NCBI GenBank assembly: GCA_017503325.1
Contig: JAFVTI010000038.1
Span: forward strand, 114,428 to 178,427
Direction of reading: 5' to 3'
DNA from: Clostridia bacterium
Lineage (GTDB): Bacteria > Bacillota > Clostridia > Oscillospirales > CAG-272
DNA: 64,000 nt
The notes beneath the pieces are model-generated. The model made no database searches. It was not told where the DNA came from and worked only from the letters and a program-made list of their open reading frames with translations. The translations under genes and the position numbers were made by a program. This document shows, piece by piece, positions 28,054-39,319 of the stretch. Position 1 is the first letter of the stretch. Each line of letters starts with the position of its first letter.

Positions 28054-30350
28054 TATGCTTCACCCTCGCCGGTCATTTCCTTCTCGGTCGCCTCTCTGCT
28101 GTATCCGCAAGCCTTATCGTGGCAAACGATGAGCGCCTTGCCCTTCTTGCGGTACAGCGTGCCGCCGCAGCCGGGGCACTTTTCGGCGATGGGCATATCC
28201 CAGGACGAGAAATCACACGTGGGATACTTTTCGCAGCTGTAGAAAACGGTCTTGTTTCTGCCGTACTTCATGACCACCTTGCTGCCGCACTTGGGGCAAG
28301 GCACGCCGATATCCTTGGTTCTGGGCTTGGTGAACGCACAGGTGGGGTAGTTTGCGCAAGCGTAGAAGCTGCCGTATCTGCCCGAGCGCAGCACCATATC
28401 GCCGCCGCACTTTTCGCACTTGAAATCAGCCACCACGACCTTTTTCTCGGTCTGCTCGCCCTCTGCTCCGTCAGCACTCTTGCCTGCAGTCAGGGGCTTG
28501 GTATTCTTGCAGGTGGGATAGTTGGGACATGCGGCAAACTTGCCAAAGCGTCCGTTCTTGACGATCATGGTCGCGCCACACTTGTCGCAAATGATATCGG
28601 TCTTTTCCACGGGCAGCTCGTAGCTGGTATCAGCCAGCGCCTTTTCAGCACTTTCCAGCTGACCCGAAAAATCGCGCCAGAACTTTTCAAGCACGTCGTT
28701 CATAACGACGCTGCCCTTCTCGATCGAGTCGAGATCGTCCTCCATGCGTGCGGTAAAGCGATAGTCCACGATCGAGTGGAAATTGTCCTCCATGAGCTTG
28801 GTCGTGACCTCACCGTATGCGGTGGGACAGAGCGACTTGCCGTCACGGGACACGTAATTCTTGGAAATATTGGTGATGATGGTCGGATAGGTGGAGGGGC
28901 GTCCGATGCCCATCTCCTCCAAGTTCTTGACCAGCGTTGCCTCGGTGTAGCGTGCGGGGGGCTCGGTAAAGTGACGTGCGGGCTGCACCTCGTCGCTGCT
29001 CCAGCTCTGACCCTTCTGCATGTCGGGCAGGCGGATATCACTCATCTGGTCGGGGTCGTTTTCGTCCGCCTTTTCGTCGGTGGTCTCCTCGTACATGACC
29101 ATATAGCCGGGGAAAGTCACGGTATAGCCGCCGGTGCGGAAGATATAGCCCTCGCAGGTAAAGTCCACGCTCAGCGTTGCCAGCTCTGCGGACTGCATCT
29201 GGCTTGCCACAAATCTCTCCCAGATCAGCTTATAAAGACGATACTGATCGGTGGTCAGGTACTTACGGATCTTGGCGGGCTCGAGATCCACCTTTGTCGG
29301 ACGGATGGCTTCGTGTGCATCCTGCGCGCCCGCCTTGACCTTATAGGTTCTGGGAGCTGCGGGACAGTACTGATCGCCGTACTTGCCTGCAATATAAGCC
29401 AGTGCTGCGCCCTGCGCCTCCTCGGAGATACGCAAGGAGTCGGTACGCATATAAGAGATCAGACCCTGTGCGCCGCCGTTCTCGGAGCCGACGTTGATAC
29501 CCTCGTAAAGCTCCTGTGCCACGCGCATGATTCTCTGCGACTGGAAGCCCAGCTTGCGCGATGCCTCCTGCATCATGGTCGAGGTGGTAAAGGGCGGTGC
29601 GGGTGCCTTGTGTCTGGTGGCACGCTTGACGTCGGATACGGTAAAGGTCTTGCCCTGCACCGCCTCCACAACTGCCCCTGCCTCGGCCTGAGAGGTCAGC
29701 TTGACCTTGCCGTTTTGGTCACCCCAGAAGCGAGCCAGCACGCCTGCACCCTGCTCGGTGTGCAGATGCGCTGCGATGGTCCAGTATTCCTCGGGCACGA
29801 ATGCGCGGATCTCGTTTTCTCTTTCCACGATCATCTTGGTTGCGACGCTCTGTACACGGCCTGCGGAAAGACCGGGCTTGACGTTCTTCCAGAGTAAGGG
29901 ACTGATCTTATAGCCCACGATTCTGTCCACGATGCGGCGAGCTCTTTGCGAGTCGACCAGATCCATATCGATTTGTCTGGGCTGCTTGATTGCCGCCTTA
30001 ACCGCGGTTTTGGTGACCTCGTTGAAGGTCACGCGCTGGGTCTTTTCCACGGGAATGCCCAGCACGGCAGCGAGGTGCCAGGAAATAGCTTCGCCTTCGC
30101 GGTCAGGGTCGGTTGCCAAAAAGACCTTGGTTGCATGCTTTGCTTCCTTGCGGATCTCCTTGATCAGATCTCCCTTGCCGCGCACGTTGATGTAGTGAGC
30201 GTCAAAGCCGTTTTCAATATCTACGGCCAGCGTGCTCTTGGGCAGGTCACGCACATGCCCCTTGGAGGCGATGACCTTATAATTGGAACCAAGGTAGCCC
30301 TTGATGGTTGTTGCTTTGGAGGGTGACTCCACGATTACCAGATTTGCCAT
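28053..30350 (-). CDS. topA: DNA topoisomerase I
   Basis: MANLVIVESPSKA Toprim, ISYMRTDS active-site Tyr region, four C-terminal Cys4 zinc ribbons. Confidence 0.9.
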   Translation of the reverse strand: MANLVIVESPSKATTIKGYLGSNYKVIASKGHVRDLPKSTLAVDIENGFDAHYINVRGKGDLIKEIRKEAKHATKVFLATDPDREGEAISWHLAAVLGIPVEKTQRVTFNEVTKTAVKAAIKQPRQIDMDLVDSQRARRIVDRIVGYKISPLLWKNVKPGLSAGRVQSVATKMIVERENEIRAFVPEEYWTIAAHLHTEQGAGVLARFWGDQNGKVKLTSQAEAGAVVEAVQGKTFTVSDVKRATRHKAPAPPFTTSTMMQEASRKLGFQSQRIMRVAQELYEGINVGSENGGAQGLISYMRTDSLRISEEAQGAALAYIAGKYGDQYCPAAPRTYKVKAGAQDAHEAIRPTKVDLEPAKIRKYLTTDQYRLYKLIWERFVASQMQSAELATLSVDFTCEGYIFRTGGYTVTFPGYMVMYEETTDEKADENDPDQMSDIRLPDMQKGQSWSSDEVQPARHFTEPPARYTEATLVKNLEEMGIGRPSTYPTIITNISKNYVSRDGKSLCPTAYGEVTTKLMEDNFHSIVDYRFTARMEDDLDSIEKGSVVMNDVLEKFWRDFSGQLESAEKALADTSYELPVEKTDIICDKCGATMIVKNGRFGKFAACPNYPTCKNTKPLTAGKSADGAEGEQTEKKVVVADFKCEKCGGDMVLRSGRYGSFYACANYPTCAFTKPRTKDIGVPCPKCGSKVVMKYGRNKTVFYSCEKYPTCDFSSWDMPIAEKCPGCGGTLYRKKGKALIVCHDKACGYSREATEKEMTGEGEA

Positions 30351-30402
30351 AAATTCTATCTATTTTCCTTTCCGTAAACGGTAAATTGTTTTCAAAGTGA
30401 GA

Positions 30403-31707
30403 TTATTTGCGCGTGTAAAGTCCGCCGGGCAGAGACTGCAAAAGGCCCTTGATCTCAAACATGGTCAGCGCGGTCATGACCTCGTGCGTGGGATAGCCGC
30501 AGCGCACCAGCCAATCGGCCGAGATCGCTTTATCCAGCGGGATCTGCGCGAACATTTCGCGCTGTCTTGGGGAAAATGCCTCCAGCACCTTGGCAGAGTC
30601 GTCCTCGTGTACCCGGGGGACGATCTTTTCGGTGTCGGCAGGCTTTGCTTGCTGTTTCTTTTCTTGCTTGAGAGTCGGTTTCTCCCGCACCTGCTCGTCG
30701 CGCACCTGTTTGACGCTTTTTGCCGGCGCTTGTGCCGCAGGCAGACCGACGCCGTATCTTGCAAAGGCTGCGGGATCGGGATCGGAGCGCTCCTGTGCGC
30801 GCATCATTCTTGCGCTGTCCACACTGTCGCGGTACAAAAACGCGTAATTCTGTAAAATATCCCGTGCACCCAGCGCAACGGCTGCGCCGTCACGGATCAG
30901 CTGATTGGTGCCCGAGGTGTTGGGATCGCCCACGTTGCCGGGAACGGCGTAAATATCCTTTCCTTGCACAATGGCTTCCCTTGCGGTGATCAGAGCACCG
31001 CTGCCAAGATCGGCTTCTACCACCACCGTGCCCGCGCCAAGGCCGCTGATAATGCGGTTGCGCAGCGGGAAATGGTAGCCTCTGGGCGGCGTGGAAGGCG
31101 GATATTCGGTGATGACCAGACCGTGCTCCGCAATGGCGCGCATCAGCCTGTCATGCTGACGGGGATACGGCACGTCAATACCGCAGCCAAGCACCGCAAC
31201 GGTATATCCCTTTGCCGAAAGCGCACCCACGGCACAAGCCGCGTCCACGCCAAGAGCCATGCCGCTGACCACCACAACGCCCGTGCTTGCCAGCTCATAG
31301 GCTATTCTATACGCCATCTCCTTGCCGTATTCACTCATGCTGCGCGTGCCCACCATGCTGATAAACAGCTGCTTTTCAAAATCGGGCAGCTTGCCTTTGT
31401 AATAAAGCACGCAGGGCGGTGCCTTGATCGCACGCAGCGTGGAAGGATACGCGTCGTCGGTATAGCACAGGATGCCCACGCTGTTTTTCTGGCAAAACTC
31501 CAGAATGCCGTACGCCTCGTCTAAGGACTTGTTGCACAGCTTTCCCTTGAAGCTGTCGCTGACGTCCAGCGCCTCGATCTCGCTCTCCTCTGCTCTGAAG
31601 ATGGCATAAGCGGAGCCAAACTGCTCAAGCAGCGACACAAATTCGGTATTGGCAATGCCCGCACAAAGCGACAGCCACACCGAGAAAAGTCTTTCATCTC
31701 TGTTCAT
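30403..31707 (-). CDS. dprA: DNA-processing protein DprA
   Basis: Internal ATG at 31707 after AAAGGAGCC. ..VVSGMALGVDAACAVGAL.., GSGALITA. C-terminal winged-helix region reached through a Lys/Glu/Gln-rich linker. Confidence 0.85.
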   Translation of the reverse strand: MNRDERLFSVWLSLCAGIANTEFVSLLEQFGSAYAIFRAEESEIEALDVSDSFKGKLCNKSLDEAYGILEFCQKNSVGILCYTDDAYPSTLRAIKAPPCVLYYKGKLPDFEKQLFISMVGTRSMSEYGKEMAYRIAYELASTGVVVVSGMALGVDAACAVGALSAKGYTVAVLGCGIDVPYPRQHDRLMRAIAEHGLVITEYPPSTPPRGYHFPLRNRIISGLGAGTVVVEADLGSGALITAREAIVQGKDIYAVPGNVGDPNTSGTNQLIRDGAAVALGARDILQNYAFLYRDSVDSARMMRAQERSDPDPAAFARYGVGLPAAQAPAKSVKQVRDEQVREKPTLKQEKKQQAKPADTEKIVPRVHEDDSAKVLEAFSPRQREMFAQIPLDKAISADWLVRCGYPTHEVMTALTMFEIKGLLQSLPGGLYTRK

Positions 31708-31733
31708 GCAAATCGGCTCCTTTCGATTTTTGC

Positions 31734-32588
31734 TTATTTTCCGCGGGTCATCTCCCACATCAGCACCGATGCCGCGACCGATGCGTTCAGAGATTCCGCA
31801 TTTCCCGCCATGGGGATATAGACCTTTTCGCAGCACGCGTCCAGCATACGCTCAGACAGCCCGTGCCCCTCGTTTCCGATCACGGCACAGTCCTCTTTGC
31901 CAAACGCAAAGCTGCCAAGCTGCCGGGCGCTCTCGTCCAGGGCTGCCGCATACACGCGTCTGCCCTTGCTTTGCAGGATGTTTACCGCTGCGGGCAGATC
32001 GTCCACGCGCAGGATCTTTTGCGAGAACAGCGTGCCCATCGCGCCGCGCAGCGTTTTGGGATTGTAAAGATCCGCGCAATCGTCGCTGAGCACCAGCCAG
32101 TCAATCCCAAAGGCAAAGGCGGTACGCACCACCGTGCCCACGTTGCCGGGGTCCCGCAGCGATTCGCAAAGCAGGATTCGCCCGCTTTCGGGTGCCGCCA
32201 GCCGGTCGAGAATTTCCTGTCTACTATTTATTGTAGCGATTTTATGAATTTTGTCAATATATTTTGCAACACATATGATGCCTTCGGGCGCATTTTCGTC
32301 CGAAATTTTTACAAAAACATCGTGCGAAAGCGTCAAAATCCGAGCATCCACGGCATCAAGTCCAAAGCCATACAGTGCCTTTGCCTTGGCGTCAACGGCC
32401 TCTGTCAGCGTTGCATCCAACAGAATAAACTCAATTTCCACGCCGCGCAAAACGGCCTCACAATACAGCTTAACACCGTCAAACCGAAGCAATCCTTCGC
32501 TCTGGCGGTGCTTTCTCTCCTGCAGCTTTGCTGCCAACGAAACGTACTGATTTTGCCTTGACGTGATGATCATGGGGGTCTGTTCCAT
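31734..32588 (-). CDS. TrmH/SpoU-family RNA 2'-O-methyltransferase
   Basis: ATG at 32588, 8 nt after GGAGG. LRDPGNVGTVVRTAFAFG, VIGNEGHGLS, ESLNASVAASVLMWE. Confidence 0.8.
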   Translation of the reverse strand: MEQTPMIITSRQNQYVSLAAKLQERKHRQSEGLLRFDGVKLYCEAVLRGVEIEFILLDATLTEAVDAKAKALYGFGLDAVDARILTLSHDVFVKISDENAPEGIICVAKYIDKIHKIATINSRQEILDRLAAPESGRILLCESLRDPGNVGTVVRTAFAFGIDWLVLSDDCADLYNPKTLRGAMGTLFSQKILRVDDLPAAVNILQSKGRRVYAAALDESARQLGSFAFGKEDCAVIGNEGHGLSERMLDACCEKVYIPMAGNAESLNASVAASVLMWEMTRGK

Positions 32589-32638
32589 CAAAAAAACCTC
32601 CGTTTTCAAGTGTTTTTACCACACCAATAAATGCAACA

Positions 32639-32669
32639 GGGGATGCCTGCGTAACGCGCGGGCATCCCC
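32639..32669 (-). terminator. terminator after rplT
   Basis: 9-bp stem GGGGATGCC / GGCATCCCC. T-rich on the minus strand downstream. Confidence 0.6.
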
Positions 32670-32678
32670 AATATGCAA

Positions 32679-33032
32679 TTACAGAGCAGCCTTAGCCTGC
32701 TCGCACAGAGCGGTGAATGCAGCGGGATCGCTGATTGCGATCTCAGACAGCATCTTTCTGTTCAGGGTTACGTTAGCCTTCTTCAGACCGTTCATGAAGG
32801 TGGAGTAGTTCATGCCGTTTGCCTTGCAAGCTGCGGAAATTCTGGTGATCCACAGACGACGGAAGTCTCTCTTCTTCATCTTTCTGCCGGCGAATGCATA
32901 GTTGCCGGACTTCATGACTGCTTGCTTAGCCATCTTGAAGTGCTTGGATTTTGCACCCCAGTAGCCCTTTGCAGCCTTCAGAATTTTATTTCTTCTCTTA
33001 CGCGCCATCATCGCGCCCTTAACTCTTGCCAT
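32679..33032 (-). CDS. rplT: 50S ribosomal protein L20
   Basis: [29 protein letters not shown]. Confidence 0.95.
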   Translation of the reverse strand: MARVKGAMMARKRRNKILKAAKGYWGAKSKHFKMAKQAVMKSGNYAFAGRKMKKRDFRRLWITRISAACKANGMNYSTFMNGLKKANVTLNRKMLSEIAISDPAAFTALCEQAKAAL

Positions 33033-33064
33033 TTTCTTATCCTCCTTCTGCTAATTTCTTCCGA

Positions 33065-33262
33065 TTACTTCTGAATCAGTTCTCTGATGTTTGCAGCGAC
33101 CTTTGCGCTTGCGATGGTTGCACCGGTGCGCAGATGTCTCTTTCTCTTCTGATCCTTGATGCCAAGCTTGTGGCGGTGGTGGCTGTGGTTCATCTTAACC
33201 TTGCCGGTTCCGGTAACGGAAAATCTCTTAGCCGAAGCCTTATGTGTCTTAACCTTTCCCAT
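33065..33262 (-). CDS. rpmI: 50S ribosomal protein L35
   Basis: [34 protein letters not shown] at 33262 after AAAAGGAGAAAAAGTAAA. Confidence 0.9.
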   Translation of the reverse strand: MGKVKTHKASAKRFSVTGTGKVKMNHSHHRHKLGIKDQKRKRHLRTGATIASAKVAANIRELIQK

Positions 33263-33371
33263 TTTACTTTTTCTCCTTTTCAATTTTGATTGGCGTGCTC
33301 AAGGCACTATCATTTTTCCCTCGGGGCGCAATGGAAAGGACGCACCTTCGGGCTAATAAAAATGAACGATG

Positions 33372-33896
33372 TTACTTTTTCTTTACGGGGGAAACTACAA
33401 CGCTGAGCAGCTTACCGTTGAGAACGGGTTTCTTGTCGGTCGTGCCGAGGTCCTCTACGTCCGCGATAAATCTGTCGATCATGTCCTTACCCAGCTGCTG
33501 GTGGCTCATCTCACGGCCGTGGAACACCAGAACGACCTTGACCTTGTTGCCTTGCTCGAGGAACTTGCGGCCGCGCTTCATCTTGGTTTCGTAGTCGTGG
33601 GTGTCAATACGGCAGGAGAGCTGAATCTCCTTGGTCTCGATCACCTGCTGCTTTTTCTTGGCTTCCTTTTCGCGCTTATCCTTTTCAAAGCGATATTTGC
33701 CGTAGTCCATGATCTTGCATACGGGGGGATTTGCGTCGGGAGACATCATCACAAGATCCAGAGACTTGTCGTAAGCCATCTGAAGCGCTTGATCAGAGCT
33801 CATGATACCGAGCATTGCGCCGTCGGTGCCGATCACGCGGATCTGCGCACAGTTGATATCCTCATTGATAAGCGTATCTTTTTGATTGGTAGCGAT
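33372..33896 (-). CDS. infC: translation initiation factor IF-3, with a non-canonical (ATC, or ATA at 33902) start codon
   Basis: Reading upstream of the track start (GTG at 33836) in frame gives (I)ATNQKDTLINEDINCAQIRVIGTDGAMLG, the conserved IF-3 N-terminus. There is no ATG/GTG/TTG in that stretch. GGAGG at 33910-33906 lies 9 nt before the ATC. Confidence 0.8.
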   Translation of the reverse strand: MATNQKDTLINEDINCAQIRVIGTDGAMLGIMSSDQALQMAYDKSLDLVMMSPDANPPVCKIMDYGKYRFEKDKREKEAKKKQQVIETKEIQLSCRIDTHDYETKMKRGRKFLEQGNKVKVVLVFHGREMSHQQLGKDMIDRFIADVEDLGTTDKKPVLNGKLLSVVVSPVKKK

Positions 33897-33911
33897 GGGT
33901 ATGCACCTCCG

Positions 33912-34048
33912 AAAAATAAAAATCGTACAGAAGCATTCTGCCCCCGTACGCCCACTGCGCCGACCTTTATCGACACAAGAAAAGAGAATATCGACCCGTG
34001 CGCGCTCGCGGCGGCAGGGTGGAAACCGAGGGGCTTCACTTCATTTAC
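33912..34048 (-). promoter_or_regulatory. infC leader with terminator-type attenuator (L20-leader-like)
   Basis: Minus-strand hairpin CGTACGGGGGC-AGAAT-GCTTCTGTACG (33950-33924) followed by ATTTTTATTTTT, just upstream of the infC SD. Confidence 0.5.
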
Positions 34049-34054
34049 CGCGTT

Positions 34055-34083
34055 ATTTTACCACAGATCCGCTTGCTTGTCAA
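34055..34083 (-). promoter_or_regulatory. promoter of the infC-rpmI-rplT operon
   Basis: Minus strand reads TTGACA (34083-34078), 17 nt, TAAAAT (34060-34055), with TGG extended -10. Confidence 0.6.
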
Positions 34084-34344
34084 TAGGTTTTCGAAATTTT
34101 TTCCCGGTTCTTTCAAAAAAATTTTTCCTTGTTTTTCTGCCGTATGTTTGCCGCGAGAGCGCATCCGATTTTTCGCAAAGGCCACAGCGGATGCCCCTGA
34201 AAGTCGCACTTTGGGAACAAGCGTTCGGTACGACATGCATGTCTATCGGGAAAATAGCCAAAATGCTTTTGAAAAAGCGTGGAGATTTTCTCAACCGTAG
34301 TGCTTTTCACGAAATATCTCGTCAAAAATCGTCAACTTTGCTAA

Positions 34345-34373
34345 TTTACAAAACGTGCCGGATGCGGTATAAT
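34345..34373 (+). promoter_or_regulatory. promoter of the orphan small transcript
   Basis: TTTACA (34345-50), 17 nt, TATAAT (34368-73). Confidence 0.55.
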
Positions 34374-34379
34374 AATCTT

Positions 34380-34562
34380 GCTCGACGGAAGCGGATGTTC
34401 CGTCGCTATGGTGCAGCTCAAGTCGGACTTTGCGGAATATCAATCTCATGGTATCAAGCGTGCAAAGACGCCAAACGTTGTACTTGCTCCGTTCGCATCG
34501 CGACGTTTTTTACGCGGACGGATACGGAAGCGGGATCGGTTTTAACCGATTCCGTTTTTTTT
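34380..34562 (+). ncRNA. candidate small RNA or leader of unknown class (promoter-to-terminator unit of ~180 nt)
   Basis: 5' hairpin CGACGGAA-GCGGATG-TTCCGTCG (34383-34405). 3' hairpin CGGGATCGG-TTTTAA-CCGATTCCG (34531-54) followed by T8. No SD-preceded ORF. Confidence 0.4.
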
Positions 34563-34721
34563 GCATTTTTTGAAATTATTATATTATAATTGTAAATAAA
34601 CCTTGAAAGGTATGGCTTTTTCGGGGCACTTGTGCTATAATGCTAAGTTGATATAGTGTTATCCGTTCTTTTGAACCGTATATATATCGCAATTCCCCCA
34701 CCACGAAAGGAACTTTTACTT

Positions 34722-37174
<2,453 letters not shown>

Positions 37175-37175
<1 letters not shown>

Positions 37176-37789
37176 TGGCTTTACAGACTCAGAATTCGCA
37201 GCTGCAGATCAGCGCGGGACTTTCCAAGCAATTCCCCACCAATCCCATTCCCCAGGTGGCCTTTTCCGGCCGCTCCAACGTGGGCAAAAGCTCTCTTCTC
37301 AACACGCTGCTGGGCAGAAAATCCTTGGCGCGCGTATCCGGTGCGCCCGGCAAGACCATTACGGTCAACTTTTATAACGTAGATAAAAAGCTGTTCCTTG
37401 TTGACCTGCCCGGCTACGGCTTTGCAGCCCGCAAGCCCGAGGACAAGGCCAAGTGGAGCGCACTGACCGACGGGTATTTCACCAACAACCCCAACGTGGA
37501 CCTGCTCTGCCTTGTGCTGCAGCTGGTGGACAGCCGCGTGGGTCTGACACGCGACGACGAGATGATGGTGGATTTTCTCAATCAGAGCGAGATCCCCTAC
37601 GCCATCGTGGCCACCAAGGTGGATAAGCTAAACAAGACCGAGCGTGAAAAGAGCTTTGCCGCGCTGGCGTCTCACCCTCTGATCGCCGAGGGCACGCCCA
37701 TCATTCCCTTCTCCGCGCTCAAGGGAGAGGGAAAGAGCGAGGTCTGGAAGGTAATCTGTGCACACGCGGATCTGCCGACGCCCAACTGA
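37175..37789 (+). CDS. engB: ribosome-biogenesis GTPase YsxC/EngB
   Basis: FSGRSNVGKSSLLN G1 motif, DLPGYG G3 motif, TKVDK G4 motif. TAATG overlap with lon. Confidence 0.9.
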
Positions 37790-37945
37790 TGCCTGCATCG
37801 CTTACGGCGGGCATCAGTAGTGAAATGTTTCGCATAGCGAAACGTGAAATATTTCGCCGAGGGCGAAATGTGAAATTCGCGCTGCGCGCGAGTGATATGT
37901 TTCGCTGCGCGAAACGTTAAGGTGGAAATTTGCCGGGAGGCAAAT
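37786..37945. repeat. array 1: six short perfect stem-loops, five of them preceded by the heptamer GTGAAAT or a variant
   Basis: See findings. Heptamers at 37820, 37844, 37870, 37892 and 37922. Hairpins at 37786-817, 37827-43, 37851-69, 37877-91, 37899-915 and 37928-45. Confidence 0.8.
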
Positions 37946-37991
37946 TTCAATTTAATCAAAATTTTTCTACCTGTTTTACGAGGTAATTCCA

Positions 37992-39314
37992 ATGGTACTT
38001 TATCCCCATTTTGATATCAACGGGCAAGGACACCTGACCGTAGGCGGACTTGACACCGTCAAGCTGGCTGCCGAGTTCGGCACACCCGTCAATATCCTGG
38101 ACGAGAATTATATCCGCTCGCAGATACGCCTTTACAAGGCTTGTGCAGCGCAGTATTTCGGTGCGGATGCGCTTCCGCTCTTTGCATCCAAGGCGCTTTG
38201 CTGTGCCGAGATCTACCGCATCGCGGCAGACGAGGGCATGGGCATTGACTGCGTCTCCCCCGGTGAGCTTTACATTGCCGGCCGCGTAGGCTTCCCCGCA
38301 CAGCGCATCTATTTCCACGGAAACAACAAGACCGATGCCGATCTTGCCATGGCGCTTGACATGGGCGTTGGCACGTTTGTGGTGGACAATCATGAGGAGC
38401 TTTCCTCTCTTGGTGAGCTGGCAAATGCGCGCGGCATGCGTGCGCGCATCCTTCTGCGCATCACGCCCGGCATCGATCCGCACACCCACAAGGCCATCTC
38501 CACCGGTGGCATTGACTCCAAGTTCGGCTCTGCCATCGGCACGGGACAAGCCGAGCAGATCGTGGTATCTGCCTTGAACACCCCCGGCATTGACCTGCAG
38601 GGTCTGCATTGCCACATCGGCTCGCAGATCTTTGACGCGCAGCCCTTCGTGGACGCTGCCGAGATCATGGTCGCTTTTATGGCAGATATGATCCGCAAGC
38701 ACAGAGCCCCCCTTACCGAGCTCAATCTGGGCGGCGGGCTTGGTGTGCGCTACACAGAAGAGCAGTCCACGCTGGATATTGACGGCACCATGAAAACCAT
38801 TGCCGCCAAGGTCAGGGAGCTTTGCCGTGCAAACGAGATCGAGATGCCCCGCGTCATCCTGGAGCCCGGCCGCTCGCTGGTGGCTGCGGCAGGCGTGACG
38901 CTTTACACCGTTGGCTCGGTCAAGGAGATCCCCGGCTTTAAGAATTACGTATCGGTGGACGGCGGCATGGCCGACAACCCCAGATACGCGCTCTACCAGT
39001 CTCCCTACACCGCGCTGATTGCAAATAAGGCCGACCGCCCCGCAGATTTCTGCGCCACGGTTGCGGGCAGATGCTGCGAATCGGGTGACCTCTTGGGCGA
39101 GGGCATGCTACTGCAGTGCCCCGAAAGAGGCGATATTCTCGCTATGCTGGTCACGGGTGCATATCAGCACTCCATGGCCTCCAACTATAACAAGCTTCCC
39201 CGCCCGCCGCTTGTCATGATCAAGGACGGCGAGGCACGCGTCGTGGTGCGCCGCGAGACCTATGAGGATCTCATGGCTTACGACGTCACCGATCCTGTAT
39301 TCAGTACGAGGTAA
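37992..39314 (+). CDS. lysA: diaminopimelate decarboxylase
   Basis: Fold-III PLP decarboxylase: ..FASKALCC.. (PLP Lys region), HIGSQI, GGGLGV, CESGD, GAYQHSMASNYN. Confidence 0.85.
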   Translation: MVLYPHFDINGQGHLTVGGLDTVKLAAEFGTPVNILDENYIRSQIRLYKACAAQYFGADALPLFASKALCCAEIYRIAADEGMGIDCVSPGELYIAGRVGFPAQRIYFHGNNKTDADLAMALDMGVGTFVVDNHEELSSLGELANARGMRARILLRITPGIDPHTHKAISTGGIDSKFGSAIGTGQAEQIVVSALNTPGIDLQGLHCHIGSQIFDAQPFVDAAEIMVAFMADMIRKHRAPLTELNLGGGLGVRYTEEQSTLDIDGTMKTIAAKVRELCRANEIEMPRVILEPGRSLVAAAGVTLYTVGSVKEIPGFKNYVSVDGGMADNPRYALYQSPYTALIANKADRPADFCATVAGRCCESGDLLGEGMLLQCPERGDILAMLVTGAYQHSMASNYNKLPRPPLVMIKDGEARVVVRRETYEDLMAYDVTDPVFSTR

Positions 39315-39319
39315 CATTT

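Noticed and set aside
34380-34562. 6S RNA, or a small-protein gene (45 codons from ATG 34408).
   Set aside because: The 5' and 3' ends each fold locally rather than forming the long closing stem and central bubble of 6S RNA. The ORF has no SD and runs through the terminator stem. It is kept only as an unclassified sRNA or leader candidate.
33369-34589. 406-aa plus-strand ORF spanning infC antisense and the infC-lon intergenic region.
   Set aside because: It runs antisense through infC and then through promoter and terminator sequence. It has no SD, and its composition is not protein-like.
37820-37945. CRISPR array, or a lysine (L-box) riboswitch upstream of lysA.
   Set aside because: The constant part is only 7 nt, and the variable part is itself palindromic and only 15-19 nt. 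There are no spacers of 30 nt or more and no cas genes. None of the conserved L-box helices or the AGAGGCGC-type core is visible.
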